Shown: piece after piece, positions 12,060 to 22,352 of the stretch
Layout: every line of letters starts with the position of its first letter
Numbering within the stretch: the stretch's first letter is position 1
Assembly (NCBI RefSeq): GCF_009831105.1
Contig: NZ_WUUQ01000002.1
Location: 450,001 to 482,000 of the forward strand
Origin: Copranaerobaculum intestinale
Lineage (GTDB): Bacteria; Bacillota_I; Bacilli_A; Erysipelotrichales; Erysipelotrichaceae
DNA: 32,000 bases
Direction of reading: 5' to 3'
Made by a program: the position numbers and the translations under genes
The notes under the pieces: generated by a model
The model's database searches: none
Seen by the model: the letters and a program-made list of their open reading frames with translations, nothing else
What the model was told of the DNA's origin: nothing

Positions 12060-12156
12060 AACTATCTCCTCCTTTACACTTTAATTCAAATCTTTATTAA
12101 AAAATATTTCATCTTATTTAACAAGAAACCATATTTATATAACAACATAAAATACA

Positions 12157-14076
12157 CTAAGTTATTTTATTGAACATATATCGTACTTTATCTATCCGAC
12201 TATTTGGACGACGGGGCTGGCAAACAGGTTCACCGGTAGTAACATGGTACCCTTTTAACTCTGTTAAACAAACACTACGTCCATTTGTAAAGAAAGTTAA
12301 ATCACTACGATATTCTTGAATACACCGAGCAGGGATTTCTCCACTAAGAATGACCTCATTATTTTTCAATTGAGTGTCTACGATGTTCGCACAATATTTA
12401 GGAGCATCGTTGTATGCTCGTGAAAGATATTCCTGTGGCGCATAAATTTTAAAACTAAGATATGGCTCTAACAATTCTGTTCCAGCTTTTTTTAAGACTT
12501 GTTCCAATACAATAGGAGCAAGCATCCGAAAATCTGCTGGGGTACTAACAGGGCTATAGTATAAGCCATACTTAAAACAGATTTTACAGTCCGTCACATT
12601 CCAACCATACAATCCTTGTTCACAGCCATAGCGTATCCCCTCCATAACTGCATTTTGAAACGATTGATTTAAGTATCCAAGAGAAACCGAGCTCTCATAC
12701 TGTACTCCGCTCCCTAATGGAAGCGGTGCTACAGATAGACCAATGGAAGCCCAGAAAGGATTCGGTGGAACTTCGATGTGAATGGTATACTCTGCTTTTT
12801 TTAACGGTCTTTCCATATAAATGACTGTAGGCTCTTTTATTTCTATCTCCACATGATACTTTTCTTGCAGCAGAGCACAAGTCACTTCCATTTGTACTTT
12901 CCCTAAGAAAGAAAGTATGATTTCATGTGTCGCAGAATCCACATAATATCGCAGAAGCGGGTCACTGTCGGAGATTTCTAAAAGTGCATCAAGTAACATT
13001 TCCCTTTGTTGAGGTTTGCTCGGTTCAACAGTCGTTTGCAGCAGAGGGAGGGGATTTTCAATTCTCTCTCTCTGTGGCAATAGCTTTGTATCTCCAAGAA
13101 CACTATTTAACTTCAAAAACTCATTCTGCAAAATAACAATTTCCCCGGAATAAGCCTTATCGATTTTACATAATTCACCATTTATTGAAGTATACATTTC
13201 TGTAATTTTTATTTTTTCCTTTTCCGATATTCTAACCGAATCTCGCAAATGCAGTACGCCACTATAAAGACGTATATATGCAAGACGCTGTCTTTTTTCC
13301 GAATACTCAATTTTGAAAACTTTTCCGCAAAGTTCAGACTGACCTCGATGTGTTGATGAATAAAATTTATTCGTAATCACTTCTATAAGGTTATCAATCC
13401 CTATATTGTTTTTTGCACTTCCGTGATAAACAGGGAACAGGGAACAATTATGAAATCTTATGCTTTCCTCTTGTTCGAGTTCTAATGCTTCCAATAATTT
13501 CCCAGACGTATATTTCTCCAAAAGGTAATCATTTCCTTCTATTACCATATCCCATTGTTCAGATTCGGTAAAGTTCATTACACGCATATTAGGATGCAGT
13601 TCTACCTTCTGTTTGATTACAATTTCCGCAGAAAGTTTCTCTTTAATATCCTGATAAACCGTTGATAAATCAATTCCATTTTGGTCAATCTTATTGATAA
13701 AAAAGATTGTGGGAATACCTATTTTCCTAAGTGCATGAAACAATATACGAGTTTGTGCTTGTACGCCATCTTTTGCAGAAATCAGTAGAATTGCCCCATC
13801 TAATACTGATAATGAACGATATACTTCTGCTAAAAAATCCATATGTCCTGGCGTGTCTATGATGTTCACCTTAGTATTTTTCCACTGAAAAGAGGTTATC
13901 GCCGTCTGAATTGTAATTCCTCTCTGACGTTCTAAAAGCGTATTATCCGTTTTCGTTGTACCTCTGTCCACGCTTCCTAATTCTGTAATCGCTCCACTGT
14001 TATATAATAAGCTTTCTGTTAAGGTAGTTTTTCCCGCATCAACATGAGCTAAAACTCCAATATTAATAATTTTCAT
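12157..14076 (-). CDS. tet(M): tetracycline resistance ribosomal protection protein Tet(M)
   Basis: 639 aa from [21 protein letters not shown] (EF-G-like GTPase G1-G4). The ATG at 14076 is preceded by GGAGGAAAA. The ORF-track start at 14091 lies inside that SD. Confidence 0.97.
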   Translation of the reverse strand: MKIINIGVLAHVDAGKTTLTESLLYNSGAITELGSVDRGTTKTDNTLLERQRGITIQTAITSFQWKNTKVNIIDTPGHMDFLAEVYRSLSVLDGAILLISAKDGVQAQTRILFHALRKIGIPTIFFINKIDQNGIDLSTVYQDIKEKLSAEIVIKQKVELHPNMRVMNFTESEQWDMVIEGNDYLLEKYTSGKLLEALELEQEESIRFHNCSLFPVYHGSAKNNIGIDNLIEVITNKFYSSTHRGQSELCGKVFKIEYSEKRQRLAYIRLYSGVLHLRDSVRISEKEKIKITEMYTSINGELCKIDKAYSGEIVILQNEFLKLNSVLGDTKLLPQRERIENPLPLLQTTVEPSKPQQREMLLDALLEISDSDPLLRYYVDSATHEIILSFLGKVQMEVTCALLQEKYHVEIEIKEPTVIYMERPLKKAEYTIHIEVPPNPFWASIGLSVAPLPLGSGVQYESSVSLGYLNQSFQNAVMEGIRYGCEQGLYGWNVTDCKICFKYGLYYSPVSTPADFRMLAPIVLEQVLKKAGTELLEPYLSFKIYAPQEYLSRAYNDAPKYCANIVDTQLKNNEVILSGEIPARCIQEYRSDLTFFTNGRSVCLTELKGYHVTTGEPVCQPRRPNSRIDKVRYMFNKIT

Positions 14077-14091
14077 GTGATTTTCCTCCAT

Positions 14092-14178
14092 TCAAAAGCC
14101 CAAAAGGGCATAAAAATCCCAGTGATAAATACTCTTATCACTGGGATTTTTATGCATAACCATAGGCATACAAAGCAT
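14092..14178 (-). CDS. orf12: tet(M) leader peptide (Tn916 orf12, 28 aa)
   Basis: The minus strand encodes MLCMPMVMHKNPSDKSIYHWDFYALLGF*. This reading frame contains the attenuator hairpins immediately upstream of tet(M). Confidence 0.75.
   Translation of the reverse strand: MLCMPMVMHKNPSDKSIYHWDFYALLGF
14098..14151 (-). terminator. tet(M) transcription-attenuator terminators
   Basis: A 17-bp perfect stem, AAAAATCCCAGTGATAA (14112-14128) with TTATCACTGGGATTTTT (14135-14151), includes a U-run. It is followed on the mRNA by GCCC-UUUU-GGGC-UUUU (14098-14109). Confidence 0.7.
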
Positions 14179-14354
14179 ACAGATATTCTCCGGATACTTT
14201 AGAATCACATGATAAAGGTATTCTTAAACTGGGTACAAAAAACTAAGCCCTCCTAAAAAAGGACATCCAATTATTTGTTCCCACTATCAAATTGACAGTT
14301 TATTTAAGAATACCTTGCCGCATATTTATTAACTCCTTTTAAATAGATACTTAA

Positions 14355-14383
14355 ATAATAGCACGTAAGAGCATATTTGTAAA
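14355..14383 (-). promoter_or_regulatory. candidate tet(M) promoter (Ptet)
   Basis: On the minus strand the sequence reads TTTACA-N17-TATTAT (-35 is the reverse complement of 14378-14383; -10 is the reverse complement of 14355-14360). Confidence 0.5.
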
Positions 14384-14452
14384 GGAATCTCCAATTTTTT
14401 ATCAAAGAGAGTACGTGATTACAAAATAGCTGTAATAATGTACCAATATTTG

Positions 14453-15388
14453 TTATTCTATAATCTTCCAATTACTCCCGTTCTTTTCAAGTACCAAATC
14501 AAATTGAGATACCTGCGTTGCTTTGGTCTGCTGGTCGATATACTCCACTGTCAGCGATACCGTGACTTGATTATCCTTACGATTGTGAATAGGATTTACC
14601 AGTTCTTGAAAGATGTACTCTTTTCCGATTGGTTTTAATATCCCGTCATTCACATAGTAGGAAAGTTCACTGGCTGTCGCTGTAGGATAGAGCTTGAAGA
14701 ACGTCGTTAAAAACTCATTGATTTCATTGGTTGTAATGGAATCAACCGTCCCCTCACTTTCAATGGCTTTTGGTTTATAACTTGATTTCTTAGGTATGTT
14801 GGTAATGGTCGGATTCTTAACCAGTACCATATTTCCAGAACCATCTACATAGACACTCACTATATAAGCAGAGTGGACGGTCTTTGTATTTTCTCCCTCT
14901 GTAATGAGCTGGTCTACACTGTAGGTTACATTAAACTCATTGTCGCCAGTTGGCTCTACCGTCCATATCTGAAATCCTCTTACAGAAGACGATACAGGAA
15001 TATCTTTGCGTACTGTATCAACATTGAGAGCTTGAAGTTCATCTGTCAGATAGCCTTTTAGACTTTCCATTCGATTATCAATGGACTTATCGGATTGCTC
15101 CCATGAATAGTAGACTTTCGCAAAGTTCTCTACAAAATTTTCTACATGATGAGTATCAACGTATTCCTTTTCTATGATAGTTGTTTCGTGAATAGTATGA
15201 GTATCTATAGCTGTAAAGTGCTTGAATATCGCAAAGCTGAAACTAAGCCCTAAAAGTACCCACAAGGCAATCACAACCTTTTTATGAGGATTGACCTTAT
15301 AGTAGACACGAGGTTTCTTTTCCTTTGGTATCTGTTTTTCTTTATTCTGATTTTTTCTAAATTTCATCATTAAATCTTCCTTTCTCAT
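14453..15388 (-). CDS. orf13: Tn916 Orf13 conjugation protein (N-terminal TM anchor, TcpC-like extracellular part)
   Basis: 311-aa ORF with an ATGA overlap to the orf14 stop. The start may instead be the ATG at 15370, which follows AAAGGAAG. One TM segment is present (VVIALWVLLGLSFSFAIF). Confidence 0.85.
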   Translation of the reverse strand: MRKEDLMMKFRKNQNKEKQIPKEKKPRVYYKVNPHKKVVIALWVLLGLSFSFAIFKHFTAIDTHTIHETTIIEKEYVDTHHVENFVENFAKVYYSWEQSDKSIDNRMESLKGYLTDELQALNVDTVRKDIPVSSSVRGFQIWTVEPTGDNEFNVTYSVDQLITEGENTKTVHSAYIVSVYVDGSGNMVLVKNPTITNIPKKSSYKPKAIESEGTVDSITTNEINEFLTTFFKLYPTATASELSYYVNDGILKPIGKEYIFQELVNPIHNRKDNQVTVSLTVEYIDQQTKATQVSQFDLVLEKNGSNWKIIE

Positions 15389-16386
15389 TGTTTGATTCGT
15401 CCTGCTCCCACTAAATGCTGTTGCCAGTAGGGGCTTGTTAAGTCGGCATAACCGATTGGGTCGCCTGCATGAAACATACGGTTATTGCCAAGGTATATCC
15501 CAACATGAGTAATATAAGAGCCAGCGTTATAGGTAGAATGAAAGAAAACCAAATCGCCAGCTTGTGCTTCCGATAGTGGGATATGCTGGGTCACATCATA
15601 TTGCTGTTGTGCGGTTCGTGGTAAGTTAATTCCAGCTTTTCCATACGTCCATTGTGTCAGTCCGCTACAATCAAAAGAAGTAGTCGGGGAAGCTCCACCG
15701 TAAACGTATCGCCAGCCCTCATATTTCAGTGCTTCGTCCATGATGGCTTGTACCGTATCATCATCAAACTCTGTTGTGACAAGATACTGCGTTACCAGTT
15801 GCACATAAAACATATTGCCATAGTTGTATCGCCAGCCCCCATTGATAGGTATGGCTATGGGATTGGGGTAAGACACTTTTTCGCCACCTGAATACTCTTT
15901 TGAGAAACTTTGAGCCAGTTCAAAGGTATATTTATTTCCACGATTAGCCACATACCCTAAGAAACCACCACCATAATTGTAGGACTGGATAACCGATTCT
16001 AAATCTACACTGAGCCTTTCGCTACTGGCTAATAATTCACTGAAATACTTCACACCTTGCTTAATGGATTCTTCTGTACTCAATGAATTAGGTGGAAGAC
16101 CGAGGGATTCCGAGGACTGCATAACATCTTCCGCAGTACCGCCCGATTCCACCTGTATAATCGCAAGAAGTATGTTGACATATTCTTCAACGCCATATTC
16201 TTTGGCATATTTTTCTACCATAGGCTTATGAGCCAGCACTTCTGCGGAAACATTCACACCTCCATAATGAATATTGGAAATTCCGCTGTCCTGTTCATCT
16301 GAAAATAAAATGGCAACAAACAGAAGCAGTGAGAAGACCATCAAGAATAATCCAGAACCACCAATCACTAAAGTTTTCAACTTCAT
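15385..16386 (-). CDS. orf14: Tn916 Orf14 cell-wall hydrolase (lysozyme-like N-terminal domain plus C-terminal NlpC/P60)
   Basis: 333 aa with an N-terminal TM segment. The NlpC/P60 catalytic block FDCSGLTQWTYGKAGINLPR...THVGIY is present. Confidence 0.9.
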   Translation of the reverse strand: MKLKTLVIGGSGLFLMVFSLLLFVAILFSDEQDSGISNIHYGGVNVSAEVLAHKPMVEKYAKEYGVEEYVNILLAIIQVESGGTAEDVMQSSESLGLPPNSLSTEESIKQGVKYFSELLASSERLSVDLESVIQSYNYGGGFLGYVANRGNKYTFELAQSFSKEYSGGEKVSYPNPIAIPINGGWRYNYGNMFYVQLVTQYLVTTEFDDDTVQAIMDEALKYEGWRYVYGGASPTTSFDCSGLTQWTYGKAGINLPRTAQQQYDVTQHIPLSEAQAGDLVFFHSTYNAGSYITHVGIYLGNNRMFHAGDPIGYADLTSPYWQQHLVGAGRIKQ

Positions 16387-18560
16387 GGTTTCTTACCGAC
16401 TTTCTTAATGGTGGCGGTTTTGATTGGTGGTCTACTTCTTGTATTTTGTAGTGGTACTCTTTGAACAGTAGACGGACGTTCTTTTGTGATTGGACGTTGT
16501 GAAGTTCTATCTGCTGTAGTGGTTGAAGTTGCTGGCTTTTGAACGGTTTTTTCTTGAACGGTATTGCCTTGGCGTTCCACTTTTGGACTTGAAAAATCGG
16601 ACTTAACTGCTGGACGCTCTTGTTTGGCTTGTTGAGATTCCTTATATGAAGTCTGAATATTAGACTGTTTTGAGGTCTGTTCATCATGATATTGTTCTTG
16701 TCTTGTAGTCGGTCTTTCATGAACAGAAGAAGCAGGCTGTTTTTTCTGTTTGACCTGTTCCATTTCAGAGCGACGCTTCGCAATGGTTTTTCGCCTTTGT
16801 TCCTGCTGTTCCTTGCGTCCACTGGCTCTGTCCGCTTTGGTTTGAGAAATACTACTGGTTAAATCACGGACATTCTCTTTTACTTTGGATTTTCCTTGAT
16901 ATACTGCATATCTTGCATTGGTCGGCAAATCTTTAACCTGTTCTTTCAAACCACTAGCAGTGTCTACCATTCTGTCTTTGGTATCAGCTACTGTACCGAT
17001 GGTTTGACCGATACGTTTTCCAAGTGTTGATTTTTCCTTTCCGTCTGGTCGGGAGTGATCTGCTTGTGTCCTTGCAGAACTCCCCGAACCCGACTGTCCT
17101 TTTTTACCTGTAACAATGGCAGACCCAGCCCCTAGAGTAGTCATGGAACGTCCAAGTTTCCGCTGTAGACGGTGCATGTGAGCGTGCATAAGCATACGAG
17201 GTTTTCTCATCACACGACTTCCCACACTTTGAGAATCGTTACTCTGTAGAGAAAACATACTCATTAAATCGCCCAGCTTGAAGTAGATTCCTGCAAAGGT
17301 CACAATCTGTAGAAAAGCAATCAAAAAGAACGGATAACCAGCCGATAAGGTATAGAGCATGGTTGAAATACTAAATGCTGTCGTAATAATCAATGTGATT
17401 CCAGCTCGTGTCAAAATGGTATTAAAGAGCTTTGTTATGGCTCGTTTTGACATACCATCAAATGATGGAATCATGCTTAAAATAAAGCTCACAGGCAGAA
17501 ACATAGCATAGATGATAAAAAGTACCTGCGAGAAAATCATGATTCCTGTTAATAGGAATACAAATATGGAAATCCCAATATTGAAGACAAATAGGAAGAA
17601 GACTGTACCTAAACGGTTAATGGTCTTTGTAATGGTTAGATTGGTATTGCTTCTGTCTTCAATTTCTTCCGCAACAATTTTTTCTCTGTCTTCGCCATTG
17701 TTGGAATCTGGGCTGGTGGAGAGCAGGCTTTCCACACGGTCAATACCGATACTTTCAATGTCTGAACTGTTGTATTGAAGCAGTAGCCACGGTTGCTGAA
17801 CCTGTATGGAAAACAGGCTATCTCTGATTAAGTCCACGCTGTCCTTGCCTTGACTATCGGAATGGGGCATGACAATCTTCGTGCCAAGTGATAAACTGGC
17901 ATTACTGATGTCTGATGAAAAGTCATTGATTTTTTTAATGTAGTCGGGAGCGTAGGCAATAAAGGAAGCCGATAGGATAAACACCAGCACAAAATTCATA
18001 ATGGCATGAATTGCCTTTGTGGTTTCTCTCTTTATCAGTCCCGTATAGGCAACATAAACCCCAAGAACCAAAATCAAGAGTAAGAGGAATCCAACATAGA
18101 AACCCTCTGTTGAAAATCCGTTTGCACTCACACCAGCTAAGGTCTGCATATTCTTACCAATGGAATCTGCTGTAGCGGAAATGAAGTCTAAGGAATAGGC
18201 TTCCTGTACTAAGTAACCTGTCGCATTGGAAACATACAAACTGATTGTCCAAATAAAATTGGTAATGGCATATAGTCCATACATGACCTGTTTTCCAATC
18301 CCGTCCGACCAGTTCCACGGAAGCCAGCCCCAGCTATTATCCACATAAAAATCCAGTTGATAGTTTTCAAGTGGGTATCGGCTGTATTCATTTGCCACAT
18401 TGACCGTATCATCTACCAAGCCCGCAGCTTGAACCACCGTTCCCAGCATGGCTAAAAGAAAAATGGCAATCACAAGTGTGAAAGCCACTGTCATTGCCAC
18501 TTTACCTAGACGTTTCAGCGTCCAGTTTGATTTTATTCTGTTTACTATTGATGGTTTCAC
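16383..18560 (-). CDS. orf15: Tn916 Orf15 polytopic membrane protein (VirB6-like channel component) with a long charged low-complexity tail
   Basis: 725 aa. The GTG start at 18560 lies 5 nt after AAGAGGTG and directly after the orf16 stop. There are multiple TM segments, and the C-terminal ~250 aa are rich in K/Q/S/T/R. Confidence 0.88.
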   Translation of the reverse strand: MKPSIVNRIKSNWTLKRLGKVAMTVAFTLVIAIFLLAMLGTVVQAAGLVDDTVNVANEYSRYPLENYQLDFYVDNSWGWLPWNWSDGIGKQVMYGLYAITNFIWTISLYVSNATGYLVQEAYSLDFISATADSIGKNMQTLAGVSANGFSTEGFYVGFLLLLILVLGVYVAYTGLIKRETTKAIHAIMNFVLVFILSASFIAYAPDYIKKINDFSSDISNASLSLGTKIVMPHSDSQGKDSVDLIRDSLFSIQVQQPWLLLQYNSSDIESIGIDRVESLLSTSPDSNNGEDREKIVAEEIEDRSNTNLTITKTINRLGTVFFLFVFNIGISIFVFLLTGIMIFSQVLFIIYAMFLPVSFILSMIPSFDGMSKRAITKLFNTILTRAGITLIITTAFSISTMLYTLSAGYPFFLIAFLQIVTFAGIYFKLGDLMSMFSLQSNDSQSVGSRVMRKPRMLMHAHMHRLQRKLGRSMTTLGAGSAIVTGKKGQSGSGSSARTQADHSRPDGKEKSTLGKRIGQTIGTVADTKDRMVDTASGLKEQVKDLPTNARYAVYQGKSKVKENVRDLTSSISQTKADRASGRKEQQEQRRKTIAKRRSEMEQVKQKKQPASSVHERPTTRQEQYHDEQTSKQSNIQTSYKESQQAKQERPAVKSDFSSPKVERQGNTVQEKTVQKPATSTTTADRTSQRPITKERPSTVQRVPLQNTRSRPPIKTATIKKVGKKP

Positions 18561-18562
18561 AT

Positions 18563-21010
18563 TTACACCTCTTTTCGCACAGGTGGTCTGGTATCAAAGG
18601 CATGGAGCAGTTCTTCAAATACAGGGTGGAACTGTATCACACCGACACGACCATATAAATCACTGATAAGGCATTGCCCGTTTTCCAAATCACGCAATCG
18701 CTTCTGATTGTTTTCGTCCTCTGGGTCTACACCAAAAAAGGCTAAGGTCTTTTTAATCTCGTTAAGGTCAGTGGAACGAAATGCAAATTTTAAGCCGAGG
18801 TTATTTTTCAGTTTTTCATCTAAGAGGTCGTCTGTATTTTGGGTCACGAAATATACCCCAGCGTTCATAGCACGACCAGCCCGAACCAGCTTCATAGATA
18901 GTGTTTTTCCTTGTGCTACCTGTAAAAAGCTCCATGCTTCGTCTAAATCTACAATCTTGAAAATGCTTCGGTCTGTATGGATAAAGTCTAAAGCAAAGGT
19001 ACTAATGACAATCAGCATAGCAACGGATAAAAGCTCCATAGTGGTATATTCCTCAAAGGAAGTTTCCTTGTCGGGAAGTACCAAGTCCGCAACCTGTATA
19101 ATGTTCAGTTGTTTTTCTAAGCTGATAGACTGCTCCACATAACCATTACTGAATAATAAATGTGCAAAGTCATAGTCTGTAAAACTTTCGATATGGTCGG
19201 CTATACTGGTACTTAGTGGCGTATTCTCAACCCGTAATTCCTCAATCACTTTCATCAACCCTCGTACTTCACTATTGGTTACTGCACGAATGGCTTTTCT
19301 AAGGATTGGGAAGCGTTCCCCATCACGAGAGGAAATCCCCGTAAGGAATGTCAGAATATCAATAGCCAGTGATTCAGAATCTTTGGGATTTTTCATAATC
19401 ACATAAGGGTCAAGTAAGCCTTTGTTTTTCTCATCAGAAGTCAGAGTGACGATATTGATTTCATGGGAAATCTCTGGCAAGGTTTCTTTCCATCTGCCAC
19501 GTTCTGCTTTTGGGTCTACAATCACTGCTTGTGCCCCATAAAGCACCGCATAATAGACGATAAGGTTATTCGCAAAGGATTTACCACCACCCAGCGAACC
19601 AACAAAAGCCGACGCTAACGCATTGGTTACTGAACCCTTAACCCCTTGACTGGCAAGAGCAGGTTTCAGATAGACATTGCGTCCAGTATCTAAGCTGTAG
19701 CCAACATAAATCCCCTCATTTTCCCCCAGCATTTGAGTAGCACCAAAACCTAAACCAGCGAGGAAATCAGAGGTCACGTATTGAATATAATCATTCATAT
19801 AACGCTTGCTGGCAGGTAAAAATTCTTCATGTAAGCCGAGCATATCCCCAAATGGTCGTACCAGTTTTACGCTTAAATCGTCATAAAAATCTTTCACTTC
19901 ATTACAACGACGTTTGAGTTCGTCAAGATCATTTGCTGATACCCTTACCACATAAGACAGCTTGTACATAGATTCCTTGCTTTGGTCTAAATTGGTTTCC
20001 AGCTCATTCACACTTTCCAGAGCTTCCGCCACATTGGAGCTGGTTTCATTATCACTTTGCCAAGCGTGGTTATCCAAGTCTTTCAGTTCTTTCTTTTTAT
20101 TGCGGACAGTAGATAGGGCTTTACGATTCGCTACAATTTCCACATTCATTGACGTATCAATCGGGAATGTAAATTGCTGTTGCTGGTAGTAGAAGATTTC
20201 AGAGGACGGGAAGTCCAGTTCTCCGACAATGCTGTTAATGGTAAAGTAAGCTACATAGACGGTTTCATCTTCCTGCTGGATTTTCAAATATCGCTGTTTT
20301 TCTTCCACCAAACAGCGAGTAGGCTTAATCAAGTCATAGTATTTAATCAGCGTTTCATTATCCAGCTTTTTCTTTGATAGATGGTACTCATACTCTTCAT
20401 AGGCAGTGCCTGTCTGTCCGTAAAGGTGTTCAATCAGATAGCCGAAGTCGTCCTTATCTAACCTGCGGATTTTGAAACGACGAGAGATTTTATTTTCTAA
20501 GAGCTTTTCCATCTTCTGAAAACGCAGGATTTCATCATTACTCATACTAACAAAATCGCCCATCAGCTTATGGTTCACATCATAGACAAAATCAGACAAA
20601 GCATTTTTTGCTTCAACGGTAAGACTTTTCATAGAAAACTCCTGATCGTTGAGAAGCAACTTAAAGCCGATAAAGAAACGGTAGTTCACTTGATTTTCGC
20701 CAATCATGGATATTAAAGCGTCTGTCTGTTGGTCGATTTTGTCATAGGCAACCGCTTTGAGCTTGCCAGTGACTTCATTTTTGGAACGCTCTTGTGCAGA
20801 ACGTATGCTGGATTCTGTACTGATTTGTAAAGCATGAATTTTGCCATCACGATTTTGTGCGATAAGCTGTCTGAAAGAATCATGCACTTGTATTTTCTGT
20901 TCTGGACTTAGAAATGAGTAATTGTAAGGAACAAGCTCATAGTAAGCATAACATTCCCCGTCTTTATTCCAGACGAGATTGTTTTCAATGTATTTAATTG
21001 GATATGCCAT
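18563..21010 (-). CDS. orf16: Tn916 Orf16 VirB4-like conjugation ATPase
   Basis: Walker A GSLGGGKSF is present. Starting at the ATG at 21010 (MAYPIKYIEN) gives 815 aa, the canonical size. The longer 832-aa track ORF overlaps orf17. Confidence 0.92.
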   Translation of the reverse strand: MAYPIKYIENNLVWNKDGECYAYYELVPYNYSFLSPEQKIQVHDSFRQLIAQNRDGKIHALQISTESSIRSAQERSKNEVTGKLKAVAYDKIDQQTDALISMIGENQVNYRFFIGFKLLLNDQEFSMKSLTVEAKNALSDFVYDVNHKLMGDFVSMSNDEILRFQKMEKLLENKISRRFKIRRLDKDDFGYLIEHLYGQTGTAYEEYEYHLSKKKLDNETLIKYYDLIKPTRCLVEEKQRYLKIQQEDETVYVAYFTINSIVGELDFPSSEIFYYQQQQFTFPIDTSMNVEIVANRKALSTVRNKKKELKDLDNHAWQSDNETSSNVAEALESVNELETNLDQSKESMYKLSYVVRVSANDLDELKRRCNEVKDFYDDLSVKLVRPFGDMLGLHEEFLPASKRYMNDYIQYVTSDFLAGLGFGATQMLGENEGIYVGYSLDTGRNVYLKPALASQGVKGSVTNALASAFVGSLGGGKSFANNLIVYYAVLYGAQAVIVDPKAERGRWKETLPEISHEINIVTLTSDEKNKGLLDPYVIMKNPKDSESLAIDILTFLTGISSRDGERFPILRKAIRAVTNSEVRGLMKVIEELRVENTPLSTSIADHIESFTDYDFAHLLFSNGYVEQSISLEKQLNIIQVADLVLPDKETSFEEYTTMELLSVAMLIVISTFALDFIHTDRSIFKIVDLDEAWSFLQVAQGKTLSMKLVRAGRAMNAGVYFVTQNTDDLLDEKLKNNLGLKFAFRSTDLNEIKKTLAFFGVDPEDENNQKRLRDLENGQCLISDLYGRVGVIQFHPVFEELLHAFDTRPPVRKEV

Positions 21011-21500
21011 AAAATTCACTCCTAACTGCTGTAATGGCTTCTTGTGGCTGGTTTCTGCCAAGCGTTACTTTTTTTCCTGCATAGGTCAGCTTTGGTCGCA
21101 GTGCATAAGCAATGACAGACTTCAAAAATCCATAAGGCTTTTTACCATCAAAAGTTTTTGTAGACATAAACCATGTGAAAGCCACAGGAATCCCAAAGTA
21201 TTTGAGAAATGCTCCCTCTATCATGGAAAGAGGGGGCAAGTTGCCAAGTATCATCACTGCAAAGAGTGACACGACAAACCATGTCATTTGCGTAAAGGTT
21301 ATGGGAAACGGAAGTCTAAAATCATTGATAGAATACAGTACCTTTTCCACAGACCAGATACTGGTATAGCTTCGTATTTTCTTCATGTAATCAATCCTTT
21401 CATAAAAAATAGGGGTAGCTGATTGAGCCACCCCGTAAAATAGAAAATCTGCCAGTAGTAATGTACCGACAGATTTAATAGACGATTTCAAAAATCCCAT
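20994..21500 (-). CDS. orf17: Tn916 Orf17 membrane protein (TcpE-like)
   Basis: The protein has two TM segments. The start is uncertain. The longest ORF (21500) overlaps the orf18 3' end and has no SD, whereas the internal ATG at 21386 (MKKIRSYTSIW) follows GAAAGGA. Confidence 0.75.
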   Translation of the reverse strand: MGFLKSSIKSVGTLLLADFLFYGVAQSATPIFYERIDYMKKIRSYTSIWSVEKVLYSINDFRLPFPITFTQMTWFVVSLFAVMILGNLPPLSMIEGAFLKYFGIPVAFTWFMSTKTFDGKKPYGFLKSVIAYALRPKLTYAGKKVTLGRNQPQEAITAVRSEFYGISN

Positions 21501-21972
21501 GATTGGTTGAGATAAACGTTCCTGAAAGGTCTAAATCCCGACCATAGGCTTGATAATCAATATAGTTTTGAAGACTAGCTGGTACTTCGCCTAAAGCACC
21601 CGTTTCTTCAATGTAGTAGCGTGCCACGTCATACATATCATCACAATCGGAATGAATGATAATATCCTCTTGATGTTCGCTTAGTTCTTCAATGCTTGAA
21701 AAATGAGTGAGCAGAGCAGATAGCTCCGATTGTAATTCTTCGGGTAATTCCGATACCATTTCCCATAGTCGATTGAGTTCGCCAATGGAAGTGTATTCGT
21801 CAACCGTAAAGGGTAACTCGTAGTCATGAATGGCGTATTCCTCATATTCATCATTCAAGCCGATTTTCTCTTTGACTTCCTCAAAGTCAATGGGAAAGGT
21901 AAACCACGCACCGACCAATTCGCCCTCATTGTATTTGCCTAAATTCGCAATATAGACTTGCATATCGTCCAT
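21475..21972 (-). CDS. ardA: ArdA antirestriction protein (Tn916 Orf18)
   Basis: 165 aa and strongly acidic. It begins MDDMQVYIANLGKYNEGELVGAWFTFPIDFEE, a typical ArdA N-terminus. Confidence 0.92.
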   Translation of the reverse strand: MDDMQVYIANLGKYNEGELVGAWFTFPIDFEEVKEKIGLNDEYEEYAIHDYELPFTVDEYTSIGELNRLWEMVSELPEELQSELSALLTHFSSIEELSEHQEDIIIHSDCDDMYDVARYYIEETGALGEVPASLQNYIDYQAYGRDLDLSGTFISTNHGIFEIVY

Positions 21973-22088
21973 ATATTCACGTCCTTTCTTTGTAGAGATT
22001 CAAAAATCCCTACCGCACTTCGTTTGGTGTACCATTCCTTTGCGGAACATAAGAAAACCACTTATATTCCACAAAAGAACGGTTTTAT

Positions 22089-22310
22089 TTAAGCACCAAT
22101 AATGCGATTGAATAGCTCTAGTAAAATGTCTTTTACTCCAGCAGCGTTGAAGACTAAGCCAACCGCAATAATCGCAATAATTAAAAAGCCAATCAGTTTG
22201 CTAAACTCACGCTTGAAGCCAAGATACAAGCCAATCACAACGATTGCTAAAAGCACCAGTGATTGAGCGTTTGATAGAAACCAGTTATAAAGGTTTTGTC
22301 CAAAATTCAT
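22089..22310 (-). CDS. orf19: Tn916 Orf19 small two-TM membrane protein
   Basis: 73 aa with two hydrophobic helices, in the canonical position between orf20 and orf18. Confidence 0.75.
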   Translation of the reverse strand: MNFGQNLYNWFLSNAQSLVLLAIVVIGLYLGFKREFSKLIGFLIIAIIAVGLVFNAAGVKDILLELFNRIIGA

Positions 22311-22352
22311 AAAAATGTTCTCCTCTCTATATTCAATGAATTTGTATTTGAG

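Noticed and set aside
16295-16822. 175-aa minus-strand ORF overlapping the orf15 3' end and the orf14 5' end
   Set aside because: It is an alternative frame of the repetitive K/Q/S/T-rich tail of orf15. It has no SD, and its composition mirrors the overlapped low-complexity region.
18708-19142. 144-aa plus-strand ORF
   Set aside because: It is antisense to the VirB4-like orf16, and the product is Ser/Phe/Lys-rich with no motifs.
21973-22088. orf19-orf18 intergenic region as a possible single-strand origin (sso) of Tn916
   Set aside because: Only short imperfect pairings are visible (CCGCA...TGCGG). I cannot recall where the published sso maps, so there is no sequence-based support strong enough to report.
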